The notes under the pieces are model-generated. The model did no database searches, was not told the DNA's origin, and worked only from the letters and a program-made list of their open reading frames with translations. This document shows positions 11,276 through 21,100 of a DNA stretch of 36,398 bases, piece after piece; position 1 is the first letter of the stretch, and each line of letters starts with the position of its first letter. Source of the DNA: a virus (Duplodnaviria > Heunggongvirae > Uroviricota > Caudoviricetes). Location of the stretch: the IMG/VR virus record IMGVR_UViG_2869965101_000006; one strand, written 5' to 3'. The position numbers and the translations under genes were made by a program.

Positions 11276-11429
11276 TGCTCCCCCTGAGTAATTACAGGAA
11301 GATTACCCGCGCGCGAAACTGTTCTCCTTAACCCTCTGTTCTGGCCGTTTTCTTACAACAAAAGCCCTTTGTATCAGCCTGTTACGCTTTGCCATCATGA
11401 CTGAAGAACCAGTCAGAGGGGCAAAAACT

Positions 11430-11885
11430 ATGGCTAATGAAAAAAAGACATCCCGCAAAAAGTTTCGCGTGGCTGTCTCCGGATCAACTGTTGATGGCCG
11501 TGAAATCAGTCCGGTGCATCTGCGTGAAGCCGCCGAGAACTTCAACCCGGATGTTTACGCTGCCCGCGTGAACGTTGAGCACTATCTCTCGCCATGCCCG
11601 TCAAGCGAATTTTCCGCAATGGGCGATGTCACCGCACTGAGTACGGAAGACATTACGGAAGGTCCGCTGGCCGGACGTACTGCGCTGTATGCAGAAATCG
11701 AACCGACCGAGCGCATGAAGCAGCTTGTTGCGGACGGCAAGAAAATCTATTCCAGTATCGAACTGCACCCGCAGTTCTCCGTTAACGGGCGCGCCTATCT
11801 GGTCGGGCTGGCGATGACCGACACCCCGGCAAGCCTGGGCACTGAGCGCCTGAAATTCACGGCACAGCAACGTCAGGCGGTGATG
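11430..11885 (+). pseudogene. capsid scaffold (P2 O-like) N-terminal fragment
   Basis: KKFRVAVSGSTVDGREISPVHLREAAENFNPDVY… resembles the P2 gpO N-terminus; similarity ends near LGTERLKF and the frame runs on into the endolysin. Confidence 0.7.
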
Positions 11886-11921
11886 ACGTTTAACAGTATC
11901 CAGGGTGAAGGAGAAGGACGA

Positions 11922-12314
11922 ATGAGCAACACATTTAAATTCAGCAGCCGGAGCGAAAAGAATTTGCAGGGTGTAAATCCTGATCTGGTGAAAGTGACCC
12001 GACGGGCACTGGAAATCTCGGAAGTGGATTTTGGTATCACCGAAGGGTTGCGCAGCCGTTACCGCCAGAAGCAACTGGTGGCCACGGGTAAGAGCCAGAC
12101 CATGAACAGCCGCCACCTTACGGGGCATGCCGTGGATGTTGTGGCTTATATCGGCAGCCAGGTGTCATGGGAATGGCCGCTGTACGAAAAAATCGCAGCA
12201 GCATTCAGACAGGCCAGCCGGGAACTGAATATTCCGGTGGAATGGGGCGGCGACTGGAAGACCCTGAAAGACGGACCGCATTTTCAGTTACCACACGGAG
12301 CCTATCCGGCATGA
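11922..12314 (+). CDS. endolysin, peptidase M15-like
   Basis: Internal ATG with AGGAGAAGG RBS; 130-aa product with M15-type motifs (HLTGHAVDV…WGGDW). Confidence 0.65.
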   Translation: MSNTFKFSSRSEKNLQGVNPDLVKVTRRALEISEVDFGITEGLRSRYRQKQLVATGKSQTMNSRHLTGHAVDVVAYIGSQVSWEWPLYEKIAAAFRQASRELNIPVEWGGDWKTLKDGPHFQLPHGAYPA

Positions 12315-12718
12315 AGCTCTGGCCCACGCTTGGCGTCGCTTTCCTTCTGACTGCCGGATGGGGAACATCCATGCGTCTGTCGTGGTCGCTGGGCCGGGAG
12401 AACGCCAGAAACGAAGCGCAGGCCAGCACCCTGAAAAGTACCGCCGACACCCTGAATATCATCAGCGCCGGGGTACAGGATATGCAGCAGGTGCTGGCGC
12501 AACTCCGCGTGGAAAATCAGCAACGCAATCAGGACGGAGAGGTAAGACGTGAACAGCTACGCAACGATATTGCAAAAGATGAATGCGCCCACGCTTTGCC
12601 TGACGCTCGTTTTACTGACAGGCTGCGCAGGCACGCAGAACGCGCCACTGCCAGCGCCGTCAGTCCGGCTTATACCGCAGACGCTGACCATACCGGTAAC
12701 GCCTCCCCCCTTCCCTGA
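12311..12718 (+). CDS. LysB/Rz-like inner-membrane spanin
   Basis: ATG overlaps the endolysin stop; N-terminal transmembrane helix then coiled-coil region. Confidence 0.6.
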   Translation: MKLWPTLGVAFLLTAGWGTSMRLSWSLGRENARNEAQASTLKSTADTLNIISAGVQDMQQVLAQLRVENQQRNQDGEVRREQLRNDIAKDECAHALPDARFTDRLRRHAERATASAVSPAYTADADHTGNASPLP

Positions 12719-12869
12719 CACTCCCACATGGGGAAATCTCGGTATATGGGGCGACCGCCTTCTGGATGCACTGGAAACCTGTAACGCGGATAAACGGGCC
12801 ATTGAATTACTGGAACAGCGCAGGCTGCAACGACTGAACAACGAGGATAACAACCATGCTGAAAACTGA
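12579..12869 (+). CDS. LysC/Rz1-like outer-membrane lipoprotein spanin
   Basis: Starts in the +1 frame inside lysB; lipobox LLTGC; proline-rich. Confidence 0.6.
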   Translation: MNAPTLCLTLVLLTGCAGTQNAPLPAPSVRLIPQTLTIPVTPPPFPDTPTWGNLGIWGDRLLDALETCNADKRAIELLEQRRLQRLNNEDNNHAEN

Positions 12870-13323
12870 TTCCCTGCGTGAAGCCATGACCCGTTCATGC
12901 CGATGGTGTCAGGCTAACCCGGAAAAATTCACCATTTTCGTGGAGAGCGGCAACATTGAAACGACCGGAGAAACCCCATCGTTTGTTTACCGCTATCAGA
13001 TGGTGATGTTTGTCATGGATTACGCCGGGGAGCTGGACGACCTCACGCTGCCGCTGCTGGCGTGGTTATCCGAAAATCAGCCACAGTTGTTGCTCAACCC
13101 TGAGCGTAATCAGGACATCAAATTCTCCGCCGTTATCAATGACGATGACAGCGCCGATCTCCTGTTTACGCTCCCCCTGCGGGAACGCGTTCGCATCACG
13201 CGCAGCAGTCAGGGCACACCGCAGGCAGAACACCTGCTGGAGCCAAAACCCCGCCTGCCATCTTCCGAAGGCGACTGGTCGCATGTATTCCAGGATGTGA
13301 CGTGGGGTGAAAGCGATGGATAA
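12856..13323 (+). CDS. tail completion protein (P2 R-like)
   Basis: 155-aa ORF at the conserved position after the lysis genes. Confidence 0.65.
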   Translation: MLKTDSLREAMTRSCRWCQANPEKFTIFVESGNIETTGETPSFVYRYQMVMFVMDYAGELDDLTLPLLAWLSENQPQLLLNPERNQDIKFSAVINDDDSADLLFTLPLRERVRITRSSQGTPQAEHLLEPKPRLPSSEGDWSHVFQDVTWGESDG

Positions 13324-13951
13324 GGCATTCACTCGCGTGGATGAAACCTTTGAAGCCATCCGCGACAGCCTGAATCAGCAGGCCATCAATAACATCGCCA
13401 GAAAGCTGGCACAGGATTTACGCCGCGCCCAGCAGGCACGTATCCGGTCACAGAAAGCGCCGGACGGGACCGCATGGACACCACGCAGACGCCACGTAAC
13501 CCGGATACAGGAGCGCATTCGCTTTATCTGGAATAACGAAGCACGCACGCTGAAAAACTGGCATCACGACACGGGGAAATACGGGCGAACCATCACCGGG
13601 TGGGATGAGGATAAAAACAGCATCCGCACGTTTTACCGGGATGACATCGACCGCTTTCTGGAAATACGCACCCGGCGCATCAACCAGGACAGCACAAAGC
13701 GCGTCCCCATGTTCGTAAAACTGCGCACCGCCCGCTACCTGAAAGCCCGTGCAGATGCTTCCGGTGTGACGGTGGGTTACAGCGGCGTGGCCGCACGTAT
13801 TGCACGCGTTCATCAGTTCGGTGAGCGCGATCAGGTTGCGCCGGGCATTTTCACCGATTACCCGGTACGTGAGCTGCTGGGTATCAGCCAGGCAGATGAG
13901 CGCCCGATTTATAACACGGTGCTGGGCCGGATTGCAGAGGCTGTACGGTGA
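13316..13951 (+). CDS. virion morphogenesis/tail completion protein (P2 S-like)
   Basis: Overlaps R stop and V start; position in the conserved R-S-V-W-J-I order. Confidence 0.55.
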   Translation: MDKAFTRVDETFEAIRDSLNQQAINNIARKLAQDLRRAQQARIRSQKAPDGTAWTPRRRHVTRIQERIRFIWNNEARTLKNWHHDTGKYGRTITGWDEDKNSIRTFYRDDIDRFLEIRTRRINQDSTKRVPMFVKLRTARYLKARADASGVTVGYSGVAARIARVHQFGERDQVAPGIFTDYPVRELLGISQADERPIYNTVLGRIAEAVR

Positions 13952-14529
13952 GCGCAGAACTCATGCGGCTACTGAGCAATATCATCCGCACCGGGATCAT
14001 CTCTGAAGTTGATGAGAAGTCCTGGCGCGTGCGCGTTCGCAGCGGCGAACTGGAAACAGGTTGGCTGCGCTGGAACACCACTCGCGCGGGAGCCTTCAAT
14101 GTGTGGCTGCCGCCATCACCAGGCGAACAGGTGGTAATTGCCTGCATTGGCGGCAACCCGGAAACCGCCATGATAATTGGCAGCCTGTGGAGTGATGCCA
14201 TTCCGGCCCCCGGCAAAAGCCTGAAAGAAATCGTGGTCAGCGCGCCGGATGGCGCGGTGTTCCGCTACGACGCGGACGCAGGCGCACTGAGCGCCAGCGG
14301 CATGAAAACAGCCACCCTGCAGGCATCCGTCAGCGTGACACTGGATACGCCCGTCGTGGAATGCACAGACCTTCTGAGAACGGCGACGCTTGACGTCACA
14401 AAAGGGGGAAAGATGAGCGGCAATATCACGCACAGCGGCGGCAATTTCACCTCAAACGGCATCACAGTGCATACGCATAAACACGGTGGCGTTAAAGGTG
14501 GCAGCGATTCGACAGGAGGCCCGCAGTGA
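13948..14529 (+). CDS. baseplate spike/assembly protein (P2 V-like)
   Basis: 193-aa ORF, translationally coupled, in the conserved order. Confidence 0.75.
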   Translation: MSAELMRLLSNIIRTGIISEVDEKSWRVRVRSGELETGWLRWNTTRAGAFNVWLPPSPGEQVVIACIGGNPETAMIIGSLWSDAIPAPGKSLKEIVVSAPDGAVFRYDADAGALSASGMKTATLQASVSVTLDTPVVECTDLLRTATLDVTKGGKMSGNITHSGGNFTSNGITVHTHKHGGVKGGSDSTGGPQ

Positions 14530-14876
14530 CAACCCGCTACACAGGAATGAACCCGGACGGAACGGGAAACCTGAACGATATGGAGCACCTGAAACAGTCA
14601 GTCAGGGACATCCTGACCACCCCGCTGGCAAGCCGGGTTATGCGACGGGAATATGGCAGCCTTGTGCCTGATTTGATTGACGAACCCATGAATAACACCA
14701 CGCGTCTGCAATGCATGAGTGCTGCCGTGATTGCGCTGACACGATGGGAACCCCGCATTGCCCTGGACGCTATCGACGTTGTCTGGAAGGCAGGAGGCCG
14801 CGCCGGGGTGACGCTGTCGGGCACTGTCATGCAGACCATGCAGAATGTTGAATTAACCATCACGCTGAGGGAGTAA
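14526..14876 (+). CDS. baseplate protein (P2 W-like)
   Basis: 116-aa ORF coupled to V, in the conserved order. Confidence 0.75.
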   Translation: MTTRYTGMNPDGTGNLNDMEHLKQSVRDILTTPLASRVMRREYGSLVPDLIDEPMNNTTRLQCMSAAVIALTRWEPRIALDAIDVVWKAGGRAGVTLSGTVMQTMQNVELTITLRE

Positions 14877-14879
14877 ATC

Positions 14880-15776
14880 ATGCCTGCCGTTGACCTTTCA
14901 CAGTTACCGGAACCCGCCATCATCGCGGAGCCTGACTTTGAGGCAATTCTGGCTGACACAAAGGCCATGATGATTGCGTCCTATCCCGCCGAACAGCGTG
15001 AAGCCGTTTCCGCCGCGCTGGAGCTGGAATCGGAACCCCTTAACGTTATCGCTCAAACCATGTCGTTTCGTGAAATGCTGTTACGCCAGCGGGTCAATGA
15101 GGGTGCACGCGCCTGCATGCTAAGCCACAGCGCCGGGACAGACCTGGACAACCTCGCGGGCAATATGAACACAAAGCGCCTGGTTATCACTCCGGCAACG
15201 GATACCACCGATGCAGTGATGGAAAGTGACACCTCGCTGAGACTACGGGCGCAACGGGCATATGACGGTCTGAGTGTTGCTGGCCCGTCAGGTGCATACG
15301 AGTATTTTGCACGCAGCGCCAGCGGTCTGGTACGCGATGCGCGGGCCATCAGCCCGTCTCCGGCCAACGTGACGGTTTCCATCCTGTCCACTGAGGGCGA
15401 CGGCACAGCAACGGAGGCGTTGCTTAATACCGTTCGCGCCGTTCTGAATGCAGAGGATACCCGCCCGGTGGCCGACCGCCTGACCGTACAGAGTGCCAGA
15501 ATCGTGACATGGCGGCTGAATGCAAAACTGTACTTTTACCCCGGCCCGGAATCCGAACCTATTCTGGCCGCGGCTGAATCGTCGTTCAGGAAGTGGCTGG
15601 CTGAGCAGGGGCTTATCGGTCAGGACGTGGCGTTGTCCGCCATTGCTGCCGCACTGCATGTGCACGGTGTGCAACGCGTGGAGATAATCGAACCCACACA
15701 GAATATGGCCATCAGCGACATACAGGCGGCGCGCTGTGAGTCATTCACCATCAGCGAAGGTGGACGCAATGAGTAA
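14880..15776 (+). CDS. baseplate protein (P2 J-like)
   Basis: 298-aa ORF in the conserved order. Confidence 0.8.
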   Translation: MPAVDLSQLPEPAIIAEPDFEAILADTKAMMIASYPAEQREAVSAALELESEPLNVIAQTMSFREMLLRQRVNEGARACMLSHSAGTDLDNLAGNMNTKRLVITPATDTTDAVMESDTSLRLRAQRAYDGLSVAGPSGAYEYFARSASGLVRDARAISPSPANVTVSILSTEGDGTATEALLNTVRAVLNAEDTRPVADRLTVQSARIVTWRLNAKLYFYPGPESEPILAAAESSFRKWLAEQGLIGQDVALSAIAAALHVHGVQRVEIIEPTQNMAISDIQAARCESFTISEGGRNE

Positions 15777-16299
15777 TTCGTTGTTACCACCATCAGCCAG
15801 CAATTTCATGCGTTGTGCCGAAGCCGTCGGAACACGCATTACAGACATTCCGGTAGACCTCAACACGCTGTGGTCGCCGGACACCTGCCCGGTGCATCTG
15901 CTGCCTTATCTCGCCTGGGCGTTTTCCGTTGACCGCTGGGATCGCAACTGGCCGGAAGAGACAAAGCGACAGGTTATTCGTGATGCATGGCTGATACACC
16001 GACACAAAGGGACCATCAGCGCACTGCGCCGGGCCATTGAGCCGCTGGGATACCTCATTCGCGTGTCTGAGTGGTGGGAGTTCGGCGGAGAACCGGGAAC
16101 ATTTACCGTTGAAGTCGGCACGCTGGACAGTGGCGTGACGGAGGAAATGTATCTGGAAATGGAGCGGTTGATTGCTGATGCCCGCCCGGTCAGCCGCCAC
16201 ATGACAGGGCTGAATATCATTCAGGAAATTCCGGGGGATATTTTCGCAGCGGCGGCAACTTATGACGGTGAAGTTATTACCATTTATCCAGGCGATTAA
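15769..16299 (+). CDS. baseplate/tail protein (P2 I-like)
   Basis: ATG at 15769 overlapping the J stop. Confidence 0.75.
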   Translation: MSNSLLPPSASNFMRCAEAVGTRITDIPVDLNTLWSPDTCPVHLLPYLAWAFSVDRWDRNWPEETKRQVIRDAWLIHRHKGTISALRRAIEPLGYLIRVSEWWEFGGEPGTFTVEVGTLDSGVTEEMYLEMERLIADARPVSRHMTGLNIIQEIPGDIFAAAATYDGEVITIYPGD

Positions 16300-16832
16300 G
16301 CATGAGTACCACAACACGAAAATTTAAAACCATTATCACCAATACGGGTGCAAAAAAATTAGCTCAGGTAGCCGCGCCAGATGGTAAGCCTGTCCGCCTG
16401 ACTCATATGGCCGTGGGCGACGGTGGCGGCACGTTGCCCACACCAGACAGTAAGCAGACCCGTCTGGTGCATGAGGTGTGGCGACATACTGTTAATCGCG
16501 TCATCCTGGACGCAACACATCAGAACCGCATTATTGCGGAGCTGGTTATTCCTCCTGAAACGGGCGGATTCTGGATCCGGGAAATTGGTGTATTTGATGA
16601 GCACGGCGATTTAATCGCGGTGGGAAATACTGCCGAAAGTTACAAGCCAGCCGTTGCCGAAGGGTCCGGTCGTGCACAAACATTTCGCACCATTCTGACC
16701 GTATCCAGCACTGCCACCGTGGCGCTTACCGTGGACAACACCATGGTGATGGCCACAGTGGATTACGTGGATGACAAACTGAAAGAGCATGAACAGTCAC
16801 GACGTCACCCGGACGCCTCGCTGACCGCAAAA

Positions 16833-17228
16833 GGCTTTGTTCAACTCAGTAGCGCCACTAACAGCGTGTCTGAAACGCAGGCTGCAACGCCGAAAGCAGT
16901 AAAGGCCGCGTATGATCTTGCTAACGGTAAATATACTGCGCAGGATGCCAGCACGACGCGAAAAGGCCTTGTCCAGCTCAGTAGCGCCACCAACAGCACG
17001 TCTGAAACGCAGGCTGCAACGCCGAAAGCAGTAAAGGCCGCGTATGACCTTGCTAACGCAAAATATACCGCTCAGGACGCCACGACGGCACAAAAAGGGA
17101 TAGTCCAGCTCAGTAGTGCCACCAACAGCACGTCTGAAACACTGGCCGCGACATCGAAAGCGGTTAAGGCGGTAATGGATGAAACGAACAAGAAAGCGCC
17201 CTTAAACAGTCCTGCGCTGACCGGAACG
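16833..17228 (+). repeat. about three tandem 132-bp coding repeats in the tail fibre gene
   Basis: Near-identical DNA units starting near 16833, 16965 and 17097, encoding …VQLSSATNS.SET.AATPKAVKAAYDLAN.KYTAQDA…. Confidence 0.8.
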
Positions 17229-17565
17229 CCAACAACGCCAACTGCGCGACAGGGAACGAATAATACCCAAATCGCAAGCACGGCTTTCGTTATGGCTGCG
17301 ATTGCCGCCCTTGTAGATTCGTCACCTGACGCACTGAATACGCTGAACGAGTTAGCGGCGGCGCTGGGAAACGACCCGAATTTTGCGACCACCATGACTA
17401 ACGCGCTTGCGGGTAAGCAACCGAAAGATGCCACCCTGACGGCGCTGGCCGGGCTTGCTACTGCGGCAGACAGGTTTCCGTATTTTACGGGGAATGATGT
17501 CGCCAGCCTGGCAACCCTGACAAAAGTCGGGCGGGATATTCTTGCGAAATCGACCGTTGCTGCCG

Positions 17566-17591
17566 TTATCGAATACCTCGGTTTACGAGAA
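17566..17591. other. gix/hix-type inversion crossover site, left copy inside the fibre gene
   Basis: TTATCGAATACCTCGGTTTACGAGAA matches the reverse complement of 21021..21046 at 21 of 26 positions, with an identical ACCTCGGTTTAC core. Confidence 0.6.
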
Positions 17592-18009
17592 CTCGGCACA
17601 AGCGGGGAGAAAATACCGTTACTCAGTACAGCGAATACCTGGACCAATCGACAAACATTCAGCGGTGGCCTTTCTGGGGAACTGTCCGGCAATGCCGCTA
17701 CTGCAACAAAGCTGAAAACAGCACGAAAAATTGCTGGAGTTGGTTTTGATGGTTCTAGCGATATTTCAATTAGTGCCAAAAATGTCAATGCATTTGCACT
17801 CCGACAAACAGGTAATACTGTTAATGGTGATACATCCATTGGATGGAATTGGGATAGTAGTGCATATAACGCCCTGATTGGTGGTGCATCTGCATTAATT
17901 CTTCACTTTAATATAAATGCTGGTAGCTGTCCTGCCGTACAATTCCGTGTGAATTATAAAAATGGTGGCATTTCCTACAGGTCGGCTCGTGATGGTTATG
18001 GGGTTGAAT

Positions 18010-18777
18010 GGTGATGCTGCCAACTTACTGATTTAGTGTATGATGGTGTTTTTGAGGTGCTCCAGTGGCTTCTGTTTCTATCAGCTGTCCCTCCTGTTCA
18101 GCTACTGACGGGGTGGTGCGTAACGGCAAAAGCACTGCCGGACATCAGCGCTATCTCTGCTCTCACTGCCGTAAAACATGGCAACTGCAGTTCACTTACA
18201 CCGCTTCTCAACCCGGTACGCACCAGAAAATTATTGATATGGCCATGAATGGCGTTGGATGCCGGGCAACTGCACGCATTATGGGCGTTAGCCTCAACAC
18301 GATTTTACGTCACTTAAAAAACTCAGGCCGCAGTCGGTAACCTCGCGCATACAGCCGGGCAGTGACGTCATCGTCTGCGCGGAAATGGACGAACAGTGGG
18401 GATACGTCGGGGCTAAATCGCGCCAGCGCTGGCTGTTTTACGCGTATGACAGGCTCCGGAAGACGGTTGTTGCGCACGTATTCGGTGAACGCACTATGGC
18501 GACGCTGGGGCGTCTTATGAGCTTGCTGTCACCCTTTGACGTGGTGATATGGATGACGGATGGCTGGCCACTGTATGAATCCCGCCTGAAGGGAAAGCTG
18601 CACGTAATCAGCAAGCGATATACGCAGCGAATTGAGCGGCATAACCTGAATCTGAGGCAGCACCTGGCACGGCTGGGACGGAAGTCGCTGTCGTTCTCAA
18701 AATCGGTGGAGCTGCATGACAAAGTCATCGGGCATTATCTGAACATAAAACACTATCAATAAGTTGGAGTCATTACC
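18010..18777 (+). mobile_element. IS1, 768 bp, with 9-bp target duplication GGGTTGAAT
   Basis: Ends GGTGATGCTGCCAACTTACTGAT… and …ATCAATAAGTTGGAGTCATTACC; insA 18065..18340 and insB frame 18385..18762; duplication at 18001..18009 and 18778..18786. Confidence 0.9.
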
Positions 18778-19066
18778 GGGTTGAATTAGGTTGGTCAGAT
18801 TTCTATACCACGACACGAAAACCTTCAGCGGGAGATGTTGGTGCATATACGCGGGCAGAATGTAACTCAAGGTTTATTACAGGTATTCGCCTTGGCGGTC
18901 TGTCATCTGTTCAGACATGGAATGGTCCCGGCTGGTCTGACAGGTCAGGTTATGTCGTTACGGGTTCAGTTAACGGAAACCGTGATGAATTAATTGATAC
19001 AACACAGGCAAGGCCAATTCAGTATTGCATTAATGGGACGTGGTATAACGCGGGGAGTATTTAACG

Positions 19067-19600
19067 ATGATGCACTTAAAAAACATTACTGCTGGCAACC
19101 CTAAAACAAAAGAGCAATACCAGCTAACAAAGCAATTTAACATCAAATGGCTTTATTCAGATGATGGAAAAAACTGGTATGAGGAGCAAAAGAATTTCCA
19201 GCCAGACACTTTGAAAATGGTCTATGACCATAACGGCGTTATTATTTGTATTGAAAAGGATGTTTCAGCAATTAATCCGGAAGGCGCAAGCGTCGTTGAA
19301 TTACCTGATATTACAGCAAATCGCCGGGCTGATATTTCGGGGAAATGGTTGTTCAAAGATGGCGTAGTGATAAAGCGAACTTATACCGAGGAAGAGCAGA
19401 GGCAACAAGCGGAAAATGAAAAGCAAAGCCTGTTGCAACTTGTCAGGGATAAAACCCAGCTATGGGACTCACAGCTACGGCTGGGCATCATTTCCGACGA
19501 GAATAAACAAAAATTAACCGAGTGGATGCTCTATGCGCAGAAAGTCGAATCTACAGACACCTCCAGCCTGCCAGTAACGTTTCCCGAACAACCAGAATGA
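19067..19600 (+). CDS. tail fibre assembly protein (P2 G-like)
   Basis: 177-aa ORF directly after the fibre gene; paralogue of the inverted copy at 19629..20156. Confidence 0.75.
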   Translation: MMHLKNITAGNPKTKEQYQLTKQFNIKWLYSDDGKNWYEEQKNFQPDTLKMVYDHNGVIICIEKDVSAINPEGASVVELPDITANRRADISGKWLFKDGVVIKRTYTEEEQRQQAENEKQSLLQLVRDKTQLWDSQLRLGIISDENKQKLTEWMLYAQKVESTDTSSLPVTFPEQPE

Positions 19601-19628
19601 GAGAAGGCCCGATATTGGGCCTTAATTT

Positions 19629-20156
19629 TTACTCAGGCTTTTGTGGCCATTCGGGATTTGCTGTATCCACACGGCTGACCAGAACGCTGTAGCGTTCCCA
19701 TGACTCCAGTCGTGTGCGTTCCTCATCCATCGCCATATTCAGCCTGACAGCGCGTTCCAGTGGCTGAATAACGCTTTCAGCTTCAGAAAGCAACGCGACC
19801 TTTTGTGATTCGGCCTGTTGTTGCTGTTCGTCTGCTGTATAAATCCGCTTAACCACAGTTCCGTCCTTAAACATCCACTTCCCTGAATCATCGGCGCGAC
19901 GATTGGCTGTTATATCTGGAATCTCAACGACACTAAAGCCTTCGGGATTAAGCGTTGAGGCATCTTTGGTTATGGCAACAATAATATTATTTTCGTCGTA
20001 TACAATCTTTATGGTGTCGTCCTGAAAGTTATTTACTTCCTCATACCAGTTTTTACCGTCTTCGGACCATAACCAGATAACATCAAAATTCTTTGTTAGC
20101 TGATATTGTTCTTTTGTTTTTGGATTTCCGGACTTAATATTTTTTAAATGCTGCAT
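19629..20156 (-). CDS. alternative tail fibre assembly protein of the invertible segment
   Basis: 175-aa ORF; N-terminal ~45 residues nearly identical to the 19067..19600 product, then divergent. Confidence 0.75.
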   Translation of the reverse strand: MQHLKNIKSGNPKTKEQYQLTKNFDVIWLWSEDGKNWYEEVNNFQDDTIKIVYDENNIIVAITKDASTLNPEGFSVVEIPDITANRRADDSGKWMFKDGTVVKRIYTADEQQQQAESQKVALLSEAESVIQPLERAVRLNMAMDEERTRLESWERYSVLVSRVDTANPEWPQKPE

Positions 20157-20159
20157 AAT

Positions 20160-21020
20160 TTACACCTGTGCGACGTTATACCATGTGCCATTGATGTATT
20201 TTTGTATTGGTCTGAAGATGGCTTCATCATCGCCATCTACTTCACCAATGATTCTTAATCCGGTAATTGCGTGTCCGGCTTTTTCATAACGACCACCACG
20301 CGCCATCAATTGAACAACACGCGTACCCAGGCGAACATCTTTTACATAGCGTGAATCAAAATTCCCCCAGTTGCTGGGCTGTATCTGACCGTTAACAGAA
20401 AATATTACCGAGTTATCTGTATTTCGCTGGCTATAGAAATGCCATCCTGCCTCATCGCCTAACTCTGCAACTACTGGACGGGTTGAAGCACCCCATAAAT
20501 TAAACGTTGCATTCTTTGTGAAGTTGTTGGAGCTGGATAGCGTGAATTTTTTACCATCCCCGGCCTGAATATTTTTAAAAGCAATAGCCACTCCATTCTG
20601 AAAGCGGAATACACGCTGACTATTAGCATAAACATCCAGAATACCGTCTCCATTCTGTTTAAATCCGGTGTCATTATCACCAAGAACAATAGAGCTACCA
20701 CCTAACGCATTCGTCGAACCAACTCCAAGACTGCCATTAATGACAGCATTAACAAGAATATTTAGTGCATCCCATTTCAGCGTCATCAGGTCTTTTGTTG
20801 TGGTGCTCTGGCGGCTTCTCCATTTGAAATATTCATTGCCGTTGTCGCCTGTTTCAAACCACATGTATGAATCAGTGTCACCATCGGCATCATTTTTAAA
20901 TCCAATCTTCGCCCAGTCAGTATTTCGAATCCAGGCAAGGATTGAGTCATTTTCAAAAGTAAGCCCACCGGACAAGGTATCGCCATTTTTTTGCACGGCG
21001 TTACCAGCCCTGTTTACCGT
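20160..21020 (-). CDS. alternative tail fibre C-terminal segment, promoterless and start-less; expressed only after inversion
   Basis: Frame stays open on the minus strand from 20160 up to the gix site at 21021..21046; no ATG of its own. Confidence 0.65.
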   Translation of the reverse strand, partial: TVNRAGNAVQKNGDTLSGGLTFENDSILAWIRNTDWAKIGFKNDADGDTDSYMWFETGDNGNEYFKWRSRQSTTTKDLMTLKWDALNILVNAVINGSLGVGSTNALGGSSIVLGDNDTGFKQNGDGILDVYANSQRVFRFQNGVAIAFKNIQAGDGKKFTLSSSNNFTKNATFNLWGASTRPVVAELGDEAGWHFYSQRNTDNSVIFSVNGQIQPSNWGNFDSRYVKDVRLGTRVVQLMARGGRYEKAGHAITGLRIIGEVDGDDEAIFRPIQKYINGTWYNVAQV

Positions 21021-21046
21021 TTCCTGTAAACCGAGGTTTTAAATAA
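21021..21046. other. gix/hix-type inversion crossover site, right copy
   Basis: TTCCTGTAAACCGAGGTTTTAAATAA, closely resembling the Mu gix sequence as recalled; inverted partner at 17566..17591. Confidence 0.6.
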
Positions 21047-21100
21047 TGGCCGTTTCTGGCCTGCATGGCATGATTTGCGCTTTTGGACGGGAGATTCAGT

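Larger units (their letters stand above)
16302..19064 (+). pseudogene. tail fibre protein (P2 H-like) interrupted by IS1
   Basis: Frame 16302..18009 continues after the IS1 copy from 18787 to the TAA at 19062..19064; at 18012 the frame runs into an IS1-encoded stop. Confidence 0.8.

Noticed and set aside
16797-17093. 98-aa minus-strand ORF inside the tail fibre gene
   Set aside because: It is the antisense reading of the 132-bp tandem repeats (its own sequence is repetitive), so it is a shadow ORF of the fibre gene.
16833-17228. CRISPR array
   Set aside because: The only tandem repeats in the window are long coding repeats (132 bp in the fibre gene, 33 bp in the 146-aa ORF) with no short repeat-spacer architecture; no CRISPR-like array was found.
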